64,000 bases of DNA, taken from the NCBI RefSeq assembly GCF_037042905.1, contig NC_087245.1:30444001-30508000 (forward strand), written 5' to 3'. The notes beneath the pieces were generated by a model. That model saw nothing but the letters and a program-made list of their open reading frames with translations, did no database searches and had not been told where the DNA came from. Made by a program: the position numbers and the translations under genes. The stretch is from Lytechinus pictus (Eukaryota). Position 1 is the stretch's first letter. Every line of letters begins with the position of its first letter. Of the stretch, positions 12,773 through 24,900 are shown piece by piece.

Positions 12773-12953
12773 TTTTTCGAGTTATAAAAATGAATATTCG
12801 AAAGAAATTGGGATAATCCGTTGGTTTGAAGAGAATTCTGATACAAACACGAACGAAGATATGGATTGTTGTCATGGGATACCCATAGAAACAAATTCCC
12901 ATGATGCAGCTGCGCAAGCAGCTATGTCTTCCCGTCATGCATTATTCTCAAAG
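12773..12953. promoter_or_regulatory. Bidirectional promoter/5'UTR region shared by DNALI1 and EMC2
   Basis: 181 bp between divergent ATGs. It contains two overlapping X-box-like motifs (12868-12882, 12878-12892), a forkhead-like ACAAACA (12843-12849) and two ZNF143/Staf-like TTCCC...ATGC motifs (12896-12914, 12921-12943). Confidence 0.75.
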
Positions 12954-12978
12954 ATGGCGACTTCCATGACCTGGCAAG
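12954..12978 (+). CDS. EMC2: EMC2 coding exon 1
   Basis: AAGATGG start context, MATSMTWQ + G|GTGTGA. Phase 1 joins exon 2 to give TWQEARDK, matching EMC2 'TWEEMRDK'. Confidence 0.85.
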
Positions 12979-15900
12979 GTGTGATAATTTTCCTCTATTT
13001 TTATTGTTTGTTAATTGGATCGTGTTATTTCTTTGTAATTAATGTACATATTTTAGTTAGGGGTGTAATTAGCGTGATGTTGAGTCGTATTTGGGAAACA
13101 TTTTGGTTGTTTTTAATGTAGTAAACGCGTTTTTATCGATGGTCAGGGGAGGTGGCCGGGGTCGTTGATCGACGGAACCGACGAAGCTAGCCAGCGTGGC
13201 CGTGGGCTGGTCGGCGCTCCCGACGATGCTCCGGCCGTCGGGTGTGTGGACCATGCCGGTATAGCCTATAGGCAGGGCTCCACACTAACCCTTTTTTTTC
13301 TACTGGTCCAACCTATGGCATAATTGTACTTGATGCCCCCAGGGGACATCAACTTTTTACCTTGATTCGTGGATCCTCGACCCGACCCTGTTTATCATCG
13401 GCGAGTTGATATCCATCCGCGCGTGGTTCGGTTGATCGCGCAACAAATAAAGTAATTGGGGGCATCAAGTGCAAGTAATATAAGAGAGACAAGCTTTAGC
13501 TCTCAAGGTTACATTAGCTATCAAGGTTAATTTTGCCAACAAGGTTAATTTTGGCTGCAAGGTTAATTTTGTTGAAATTTTTGGGGGCATCAAGTACAAG
13601 TAATATAAGACTAAGAGAGACGAGCTTTAGCTCTCAAGGTTACATTAGCTATCAAGGTTAATTTTGCCAACAAGGTTAATTTTGGCTACAAGGTTAATTT
13701 TGTTGAAATTTTTGGGGGCATCAAGTACAAGTAATATAAGAGAGACGAGCTTTAGCTCTCAAGGTTACATTAGCTATCAAGGTTAATTTTGCCAACAAGG
13801 TTAGTTTTGGCTACAAGGTTAATTTTGTTGAAATTTTTGGGGGCATCAAGTGCAAGTAATTTAAGAGAGACGAGCTATAGCTCTCAAGGTTACATTAGCT
13901 ATCAAGGTTAATTTTGCCAACAAGGTTAATTTTGGCTACAAGGTTAATTTTGTTGAAATTTTTGGGGGCATCAAGTACAAGTAATATAAGAGAGACGAGC
14001 TTTAGCTCTCAAGGTTACATTAGCTATCAAGGTTAATTTTGCCAACAAGGTTAATTTTGGCTACAAGTAGAGTTACCAAAAGGTCGGCCGATCCACTGAG
14101 CAAAATTGCTATGGGCAAATGAAAAGCCAATTGCAAGTGCGTAAACAGTGTGCATTGCCACCATCGTCTGTTCTCGACGGCAAAAATGAGCATTGAAATG
14201 CTTTTCCTCAGCAAATTAGTTCATCTTAGTGAAAAAAATTAGGCCCTGTATTTTCTATATTAAAATTGACTTATGTGGGATGAAGTGTCTTACCTTCATG
14301 TGGTATCGAAAGTGACGTTTGGAGGTTAAATCCACGAGAAATCCACAGAGTTTCGTCGCGTGTATTCGCTATGGAGAAAAATGCGTGCGATCGCATGCGT
14401 TATTGCAAGCTCGAGACGGCGCTGTTGAACTTGGTCTGGAAATTCATAAAAAATAAACAAAAATCCTTGAGTAGGCTCACAATAAAATCATAAAAAATAT
14501 GCTTTATGGCTAAAACGGTAGTTCTCTTGCCCACACATATCATACTTGTTGTTGCGTAAGAAATCCTTTTTTCATGATAAATATATAGCAATAAATGTTT
14601 TAAAAATTATGTTTTCCACATGGAATATGTTTGAAACATCTATATTAGAAGAAAAATGTTTTTTTTTAATGAATTCAAACTAAAATGAAGTTTATACATG
14701 CTTGCACTTTTTCATACTACTCAAAAAACAAAATGGGCCGTCAATCAACGTTGGTTACCTCGGCAAGTAGGCGTGGTCTATCGTGAAGTTCGCTGGTGAC
14801 GTACCTTTCTCGCTAGACTTTACTCAGCCGCCGAATTTAATTCATTCTCCGCGCACGTGCAACTGCAACTTATTATCGTCACTGCACTGCTGGTGTTTGC
14901 CGCATTGAGGACAGATGATACAATTCAGATAGAGTTGCGCGTGTACAATGAGTGAAACAGCGCGATCGTTTCATGATCGAATGAAACAGTGTGCCTGTCG
15001 AGATAAAATTCATCTGCCATGTTATTTTCTATCGTGTTTTATGCAACTGCAATTGATTTGTTATATTATTTTCTTTGATATTTCCTGTATATGTATGTAT
15101 GAATTTTATTTGAAGTGAATGAATCATGCTGGTGTCCTTGCCATTGAGGCAGATGAAGATGAAACAACACTGATAGAGATGTGCGTGTACAAGGAGTGAA
15201 ACAGCGTGATTGTTTTATGATCGAATGAACAGTGTGCCTGTCGAGATAAAATTTATCTGTCATGTTATTTTCTATGATGTTTTATACAACTGCAATTAAT
15301 TTTTTTTTCTGTGATATTTTCCTGTTTATGTATAAATTTTATTTGAAGTGAATTATTATAAAGATTAATCCAAAACAAAGCAAATAATTGTCGGCTTCAT
15401 TGTATTCGTGATGAACAAGTTAAGGTATCACAAAATGATGCTTATTTTTTTTATTTGAATGACTTTGAGTAAATTGGAATTGAAAAGGACGTTTAGTGTT
15501 TCCTGTTCAGTGCAATTTTTGTTTTCTTTTTTTCATTTCACATTCTCGGGATGCGAACCTCCACTATAATTATAATTAATGAATACCATTATAAACAAAA
15601 ATATTTGAAAAAAAAAGACTCGCAAAAATTTTAATACTAGTGCAACGGTGATTTTTTTTTTGTTTTTGTTATTTCATTTACTGGGAGGTACGACAGACAA
15701 ATACCCGGTGTAGATCAAAATTTTGCTAATGGGGGGGGGGGGCTACAATTTTTACCTTTTTAATTTTCGCACCGCCAGTAGGAGGGGTTGCCGCCGCCCA
15801 TAATTGGGTCCGGCACCTGGATCTGCCTATGGAATGGATGAGGAATAAGGAAAGGGGAGAAAAATAAAGGTGCCCCCTCCCGTAATATATCAAATATTTG

Positions 15901-18900
15901 TTAGTGGATTTTGTCGTTCATTCTCAAGTGAGGACTTATTTTTCAACTTTTCCCAGGAATTTTGTGTATGGAATGATTTTTTCTTAGCATACTAGGTCTT
16001 GAATGCCCCCACTTTGGAAAATCCTGGATCAGCCCCCGTCAAGGTGTATATAGATGAAACTAAACTTGAATAGGGCTCCACATTAATGATTTTCAAAATT
16101 TAGCCATTTCCTATTTTCCCCGTTTAACACTGTGAGGTGAATAATTCAAATGCTTTCCCCATCCCATCGCTACCATAGAAGGATCCAGGGGGGGGGGGTC
16201 ATCCCCCCCTTCCCTGTTGGCGGATTAAAGACCAAAAAATGGAGAAAGGAAGATTAAGAAACAGAAGGGAAAGAGAGGGGGAAAGGGAGGGAGAAAAGTG
16301 AATAAAATTAGGGAGGGGAGGCTTTGATGATTTAAAAGAACATGCAAAATTGAAATTTTCGCTCGCGCTTCGCACTCGCATTGCTTATTTTCGATGAGTA
16401 CATATTGCTCAATAGGCTGATATATATGAGCTTGACATTTAAGCTTTGCAGTCAAAATACAAAACAAATACTGTACGGTCAGCTAGGACATTGAACTTTC
16501 ATTATTCTTTTTGATTTATACCTCGGTCACATTTGCTCTGCGGCGGCCGTACGGAGAGTCGAAATAGCCGTTTTATTCATTTTTATTCAAACCACCTATA
16601 TTGTGCTTAATTTGACCTTTTCACATCGGAATATCCAATATTATCAGTTCGCGCTTCGCGCTCGCATTATTGATTTCCGTGGTAAAAAGTGTATTAAGAA
16701 TGCACAAATTCTAGAACACGCATGTTTATTGAGAAGGACGGGCTGCTTATCCTTTATTGAAAACAGCATGCTTAAATTATCTCGCTTCAGATTATAATAT
16801 AAAAAAAATTCTTCTCGCTCTTGCATTATAAAATAATGTAAGACGGTAACCAATTACCCACCCTTTTCACGATTTAGAAAACATAAATATAAAATAGTGT
16901 TCCTTTTAGGTCTATATATCTCAATTGTTATCCGCTCACGCTTCGTGCTCCCACTGTGTTCTGTTCATACACAAAGTGCTTGGAATGTCCATTTTTATGG
17001 TCAGAATTTCAAACATTTTAGCTCGAGCTTTGCGCTCGCATTATTTTGATTGAAATATGCATCGTTTTCTTGGCTAACTGTAAACCGCCATTAGCAAGTC
17101 CCTTTTCGATCAGGCCAGAACGTATATTTCTCTCTTTTCTTACTTACTTTTTTTTTTGCTCCTTCGCGCTCGCAGCAATTTTAGTAAAATACGCATCTTG
17201 TTCAAGTTCACAAACATTGCCCAGAATGTTCAATTTTGAGGATAAAAAACATGAAATTTCAAAAATATTTTAGCTCGCGCTTCGCACTTGCACTATAGGG
17301 GCTATGAGATTATTGTATATTGTATTTTGTGTATGCTGTTTAATGAGAATAAAGAAGTGACTGTTAGGACTACCCCTATTAACTTTGAGCGGCTGATTGT
17401 GGAAAATACGGGTGCAAATATTTTTCGGCCCCTTCCCCGGTTTATTTCCAATTTGTCTAATTGCCAACTCGTCTACTATCGTTTGGTCCATCAGTTCGTC
17501 AACTCACCACATAGTCTTTTTTCTTCTTCATTTAGTCTAATGCCATTCCGTCTAATGACCAGTGGACCCAAAAGCCATTTGGTCCATATACCATTTCATC
17601 TAATTGGACTATAAGTGTATGTGCAAAATGAATGAAAATAAAATGGGTATTAGACCAACCGGTTATGAGACTAAATGGTCATAGACGAGATGGTTATTAG
17701 ACGAAGTGATGATTGGACCAAATGGTTAATGGACCAGTGGCTGTTAGACGAAATGTTGATGGACAGATTGGCATTAGACTAAATGAAAGTAGACCATGTA
17801 GTGAGTGGACAAGTTGGCCGTAGACGAATTGGCACCCCCCCCCCCCTATTGGCGATAGATCCGCCCATGCACTACTACTTCTTTCTTATCTCATTATGAT
17901 CTCTCAGTTCCATATCCCCCCCCCTCTCTCTCTCACTCTTTCTACGAGGACTCTTTTATCGTATGCATATCTTCCTTCGATTTCCTCCCCCCCTCTCTCT
18001 CTTTCCCTCTCCTGACTGCTGTTCCTTTATAGTTAATTCCCCTCTTTTCTCTCAAACCCCCTTTCTGTCTCAACATCTTTGCCCCCCCCCCCCCCCATCG
18101 GCTTCTCTCCCATTCGTAAATTTCATTCAATTATTCTACCCCTTTCAATATCTCCAACATGATTCTATACTCCTCAATGTGCCATACACACCTTGAGAGA
18201 GAGAGAAAAAAACCCTCAAGAGATAAATGGGCAGAAATAGCATGGGTCAAAGAAAGAAGCATTAATGGTTCAAGATTATGGGATTCACAGAATTTAATGC
18301 ATATGTAGAGTAAATACATGATTTATAATGTAGTAACATATTGATAATGGCAGTTAAAAGGAGGGTAATCCTTGTGACTTGGCCTTATAAAAATTTTGGC
18401 TCGCGACTTGCGCTCGCATAAACGGTTAAAAATATTACCTGATACATCATATTCATAATTACAAAAGTGCTTGAAATTTCCAGTTTTCATACCATGTTAT
18501 CATCAGATTTCGCGTCTCATTAGGCATTTATAGATCAGATATTAATTTTAATGGTTTAATTGTCCTTTCTGTTTCATCTCGCGCTTAGCAAGAGGAATAG
18601 GAAGATATTCATCACTTTCATGTCCCGGTCCTTTGTCAAATCTATCAGCTCTTTATTAAGTGCGATCCAAATCCACCTCACAAAGTACTTGAGCTGAAAT
18701 TGACCCCTTTTTCAGATCAGAATGTCAAATAGTTTAAGGTCGCGCTTCGCGCTCGCTTTGATTTTCAATTTCATGTTAAAATATATATTCAGAATGCCTA
18801 GATTGTAGGCCTAAATCGGAAACACGCGAGCGCATGTCTATCTAGATACTCAACTTGTTAGTATTTCAATCATTATCCAGTTTCTGAAAAACAAAATTCT

Positions 18901-21900
18901 GCTAGCGCTTTGTGCTCGCATTTTTTATGTAGGAAGAACCCCTATTAATCATCCTTATTATACAAAACATGAATAGAGTGTCCCATTTTTTAGGTCTAAA
19001 TCTCGATATTTTTTTCCCGCTCGCGCTTCGCGCTCGCATTAATTGTTTTATAGCGACGATCCTGTTCATGGTCACAATAATCGATTAAAATTGTCCATTC
19101 TTTATGTAGAAGTGTAAAAAAAAATCGGCTCGCGCTTGCATTATTTTATTGTTGAAATATGTAACGTCTCCATGGCTAAGTGAAATAAGCAGTCCTTAAC
19201 AGGTACCTTTTTGATCAGTTCAAAACGTATACAAAAATATTATGCTCGCGCTTTGCGCGAGTATTATTAAAGTAACAAAGATCGGCAATTTGACATCCTT
19301 TTCCATGATGATTTAAAAGACATGACTAGACATGTCTCGTTTTTAGGTCTAAATCTTCCAATTTCGTGCTCGCGCTTCGCATCGATTGCTAAGTTATATA
19401 CCTATCCTGTTTAAGTTACAAAAAGTGCCTATGATTTCAATTCTGTTCGCACTTCGCGTTCTTAGTAATTATTTAGTTGCATACACATCTTTTTCATGAT
19501 AAACATTGCCCAGAAATTTCAAACTTTGGGGAAAAACATAATTTTTTTAATAAATTAGCTCGCATTATATAAAAAGGGTTATGATATCATATATTTATGT
19601 TGATTTATAAGACAAAAGCTAAGAAGTGACAATTTCTTCATAGAAACAAATATAAATCATATTCGCGCGGCCGATTGGGGAAAAATAATGGTGAAAAAAA
19701 AATTGGCCCCCCTACTACTTTCTATTTTTTTTTATAGTGAGAGAAAAGAAATGTTTACAATTTGGTAACGAAGAATCATCGGGAAATCAAGGAGTACCAA
19801 AAGGTAAAAACGTTGATGTCCCCTGGGGGCATCAAGTACAATTATGCCCAACCTATTCATTTTTTTAGGGGGTCCACTGGAATTTAGGGGGCACGCAGGA
19901 AAAAAAAATTGACAAGCAAAAAAAAAGGTTATCAACAAAAAAATTAGGGGGGGGGACGATCGTCCCCCCACCTCAAATTTAGGGGGGGCACACCCCCCCC
20001 GCTGCCTATGGGGGATGTTGTTAGCTTTTGGGGGGGCTAAATTTTTTTTCGGCCCCCCCCCCTTTGATAACCTTTTTTGTCAAACATTTTGGTGCCCCCC
20101 TAAATTTTTTGACTGCCACCGCTAATAGTGCCCCCCCCCCCTTGGAAATCCCGGACCCTCCCTTAATTGCCTAGATATAGATGTTTAAATAGTTAATTAT
20201 TTTGAAAGTCAGAGTGCCCTCGCCCCCCCCCCCATGCATTAGTTATCATGGCATAAAACTTATGTCATATCTAATCCTTATATCAGCAAGAGGTCAGAGC
20301 ATACTATCCGTCACCAAACGACTGCATTTGAGCCATTCATTTTCCCTTTTCTCTTCTTTCTATTATTTTCTTGTTATTTAATCATTGTTTATTTGTATAA
20401 GCTCGGATCCGAGACTAACTGATACGGTGAACGTACTTTCGTTCGAGTTGTGTATTTGCGTAATAATAGACCGAGACGAGAAAGGACACGCCCACAATCC
20501 CTCGTTCAGTGCCGAGCTCTGTGCCGTACGTGTCGACCAAATTTCAAAGAGAAATTTGTACACAAATCTGTCACAGTTCGGACCTAATTTCGCCTCAGAT
20601 TAACAGATATTTAGATCTCTTTGGAACACTAAAAGTCATTCACTTGGGGTTTTTGAATATGCTGATTCAGGTGAGGTACTTTTCAATGCTTTTAAACATA
20701 GATTTAAAAAATTAGATTTTCGTTTTGGGATCCCTACTACAAGGTTAATTTTGTTGAAATTTTTGGGGGCATCAAGTGCAAGTAATATAAGAGAGACGAG
20801 CTATAGCTCTCAAGGTTAAATTAGCTATCAAGGTTAATTTTGCCAACAAGGTTAATTTTGGCTACAATTAAGGTTAATTTTGTTGAAATTTTTGGGGGCA
20901 TCAAGTGCAAGTAATATAAGAGAGACGATCGAGCTATAGCTCTCAAGGTTACATTAGCTCTCAAGGTTAATTTTGCCAACAAGGTTAATTTTGGCTACAA
21001 GGTTAATTTTGTTGAAATTTTTGGGGGCATCAAGTGCAAGTAATATAAGAGAGACGACAAGGTTAATTCGTTTCGACGATGTTATGAAGGCTTGCGCGGC
21101 TAGAAAATAGAAAAAGAGGGGAAAGTGGGGTTAGTAGAATGTAAACTTCTGAATAAACGTGCTGAATAACTGGAAAATTTGGGGGCATCAAGTACAAGTA
21201 ATAATAGAGAGTTTATTCTCTAGCTATCATCAAGGTTAATTTCGTCAACACTTCTAGGATTACTTGCCGGATCACTGCTTTCATCAATTTTGGGGGCATC
21301 AAGTGCAAGTAATATAGAGGATAGATGAGGAGGCAAGGATGCGCGCTCATCTAGATGCACCTGTTTGCGCATTTGTACTCGCATCTCATATGGGGTGCGC
21401 TAGCGCAAACCGGAACTACTTTCTATTTTTTTTTATAGTGAGAGAAAAGAAATGTTTACATTTTGGTAACGAAGAATCATCGGGAAATCAAGGAGTACCA
21501 AAAGGTAAAAACGTTGATGTCCCCTGGGGGCATCAAGTACAATTATGCCCAACCTATTCATGTCGGACCAGTACTCAGTAGATACCCAGGTTTTCAATTT
21601 TTTACTGGTCCGAACCTAAAATCTACCAGGGGCCTGTTGCATGAAATGGTCTTTCGTAGACGTAGAACCATTCTAGTACTAGTAGTAGTATGATGGTGGG
21701 CCCCAAGTCTGCGCACCTAACAATTTGAGTTAAGATTTAACATGAATTTCTTCTTATTTCACAAAATCTTTTGGTTAATAGTGTTCCTTATATTATTAAG
21801 AGTAAGTGTACCAAATTTCTCATTAAGAAATGAAAGAAAATATAAGATTTTCTTGAAAAAACCTCGGGCAGTCATTTTCAGATTGAAAAAAAAGAAGATA

Positions 21901-24900
21901 CCCCATGTCTGCGCACTCATTCACTTTGCACACGATTCAGGGATTTTGATGACAAAGGCTGCATTTTGAGCCCGTCACATGAAATGCCCTGAATTCATTA
22001 TTTTTCCACCATTTTGAGTCAGATTTTTTAATGAATACCTGTCTAGGTATTGCATGTGTAAAGTTGCTCGTGCTCGTTGCGTATCTTCTTTTACTAGAAT
22101 CGCGCAGATACGCGGGTGCGCAGACTTGGGAGACCACGCAGACATGGGGGAACTGACCATACTATTTTCTACGTAAGAACGAGATATCGCTCAACTGTTT
22201 CACAAAGCCGATTTGGGCGATACGAAGAATGGTCCTTGGAAAGACACCTCCAGACATGTCCTATGTAGGCATGATCTTCTTTGCACACCGCCCGCCACCG
22301 TCGGCATTGAGAGAAAATGCGTTTACGGCAAGCCACACTGACATATCACCTTTAAAAAATTTTTGGGTTGCACACTCACACTGATGCATTTTATCTGGGA
22401 TGGCGCCAAAGTTATTTTTTATATGGGGGCTAGTTGTCATCAATTGCAGGTCGTCTTTTTGCACGGCAAGACGACCAAAAACATATGTCATTTTAACTTC
22501 TCCGGGCTTTATATGTCCGGGGGTAATGTAGGCCCCAATATTTTTTTTTAATTAATATGTTTTCTTTTATGGTCCGTCCTATCCCCACACCATTTCCATT
22601 ATTTTTTTTTGAAATATCGAAATGGGCGGCACTATCTCTCTGACCCCTCATGCTTTCTCATTACAGATAATTAAACAACATGAAAACAAATTTCTTTAAA
22701 AGAAATTATGTAAGGTAAAAAACGTGTTTATAACGTTCAGCCAAAAAAAAAAAAAAATACAAAACTAAAATGTTTAACATGGTAAATCATTCATTTATTT
22801 TTATTTCATTTTCATTATGATTATTTTTTTTTGCTGAGATTAATTTTAATCAATGAAAATTAATTGTCGGATTTGGGCTTAACTTGAGATGTACTGAAAC
22901 AGTGAAACAAAACAAAAAATCTGCAGTAACAAAATACCTAATTGAATTTAAGATACAGATTAGGCCTATAGCTTACGAATCCATCACAATCATTATAAAT
23001 GAAGATAAGCTAGTTCATTAAAGAAAAAATTATGGAAATGAGTCCATACAAAGAGGCGCATTTTCACTTTAGGGTAGGCCCCTTTAGGCCCCTACTAAAA
23101 TGTTAAAGCAATAATGTATTCTCTACTCCTCAACTTTGAAATGTTGAACATATATATTTTTTATATTCTTAAACCTTATTCTTATATAAGCTTCCATAAA
23201 TTGAGTGATCAACTTTTAAAGATTACCAACGTTTATGATCATTGTAATATTAGCATTATTTCTGTAAATAGTATTTTTTCCATTGCGGATTGCACACCTT
23301 TTTCTATGTTTTAATTGTTATTGCAAAGCACTACTTTATCCACTTGGACATGTTTGCAGCAATTTTCATATTTTCCTTGTCTTCGGTTACTCATCATGCA
23401 ACTGAGGTATGTTTATACTCTAAACACTCACATTTGTATTTCTTGCGTTATATCTGACAAATAAAATAAATAAATTAGATTTTTCACACGCAGCCTCTCA
23501 TATTTTCCTTTTTAGTCTCATACAATCAGACACTGTTGATTTTGTTTACTCCATTCAAACCCTATTTTTACCTCAACAGATAACATATTAACGCATAATT
23601 TGCAAAATCATCATTATATATATATGTTTTCTATAATAAATCAGTATATTGAACTAATAAAATGTCGAAATTACTTAGTTAACTCTTTGCCCGCCACGGA
23701 CGACTCGCTGCACATACAGCGGACTGCCAACGACGACTCAAGTCACAGTTCGCACACAATGCATACGGAACGCATTTAATTGTAATTGTGTGCACACAAA
23801 TACAATAGCGACGCGTGTATTGCATTGTTTACGAATCTAGCTTTCGTGTTATAGCTTTCGCCGACATTGTTTACATTGAGATTATTCGCGTAAAATAGAG
23901 TTTTTTGAACTGCTTTAGGATATATTTCGATGAGCTTTCAATAGCTTGCACTGCTTTTCTTGTAATAAAAGAATGATACAAATTGCCACCTCCCTATAAC
24001 AATAAGGGGATCAATAGGACGGGAAGTCTATTGAGAAGTAGCCAGGGACAATTTCAATAGAAGAGTTTAGTTCATTGTCAGTTTACTCTTTTTGAATGCC
24101 CCATTTCAATCCTAAACTGCTTAGCTCATAATGACCATAAAGACATGGATTTGGTATGTAATGAAAGCTAAAGAACACATCTTTTCAATGGACTAACTTA
24201 GAAATTTAACCTTCATTAGGAAGTATTGAATATAAGAGGTATAAAATACCCTCCTAAACGAAAAATTGGAAACAGAATGTAAAGTTAAAATTCTCAACAT
24301 TTATGATTTTATACATAGCAAAAATGATACCATTGGCAAGAGTATTAATTTCTCTAAAACTTTGCTACACAATTTTTTTCAATACAACAAACCAGTAAAA
24401 AGTTATTGTGAGTTGAATAAGACAGTGCACGCAAACCCCCTCTGAATGTGGCACCCCAAAATTAATGTGGCGCAGAGGGGATAGTGTACGTGGCGGGCAA
24501 AGAGTTAAATCAATTTTTATGTCGGACAAGGGTCTCTTTCGTTGAAATATCAATGAAAGGTGTCTCTAAAAGGACACCGTGTTCTAAATAAGTGAAATAA
24601 TGAAAATTTCGATTTTATCCAGTTATGTTTGTGAATCTTGAAAGTTTTTTGTCTCACCTGCATAGCAGAGTGAGACTATAGGCGCCGCTTTTCCGGCGGC
24701 GACGGCGGCGGCGGCGTCAACACCAAATCTTAACCTGAGGTTAAGTTTTTGAAATGACAGCATAACTTAGAAAGTATATGGACCTAGTTCATGAAACTTG
24801 GCCATAAGGTTAATCAAGTATTACTGAACATCCTGCCTGAGTTTCATGTCACATGACCAAGGTCAAAGGTCATTTAGGGTCAATGAACTTAGACCATGTT

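Larger units (their letters stand above)
14068..20736. mobile_element. Element G: hAT-like insertion that splits the 125-bp array
   Basis: Ends TAGAGTTACCAAAA / TTTTGGGATCCCTA; 7-bp duplication CTACAAG of the array unit. Confidence 0.8.
13317..21549. mobile_element. Element B: TIR transposon with internal 125-bp tandem array (Merlin- or MULE-like, tentative)
   Basis: 37-bp perfect TIR GGCATAATTGTACTTGATGCCCCCAGGGGACATCAAC; perfect 8-bp TSD CAACCTAT (13309-13316, 21550-21557). Confidence 0.88.

Noticed and set aside
12642..13121. 159-aa plus-strand ORF across the promoter
   Set aside because: Non-ATG start; it runs antisense over DNALI1 exon 1, through the promoter and into intron. Only MATSMTWQ (EMC2 exon 1) is supported.
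13458..14067. Regular repeat array resembling CRISPR
   Set aside because: Units are near-identical along their whole length with no unique spacers, there are no cas genes, and the context is a eukaryotic intron inside a TIR element.
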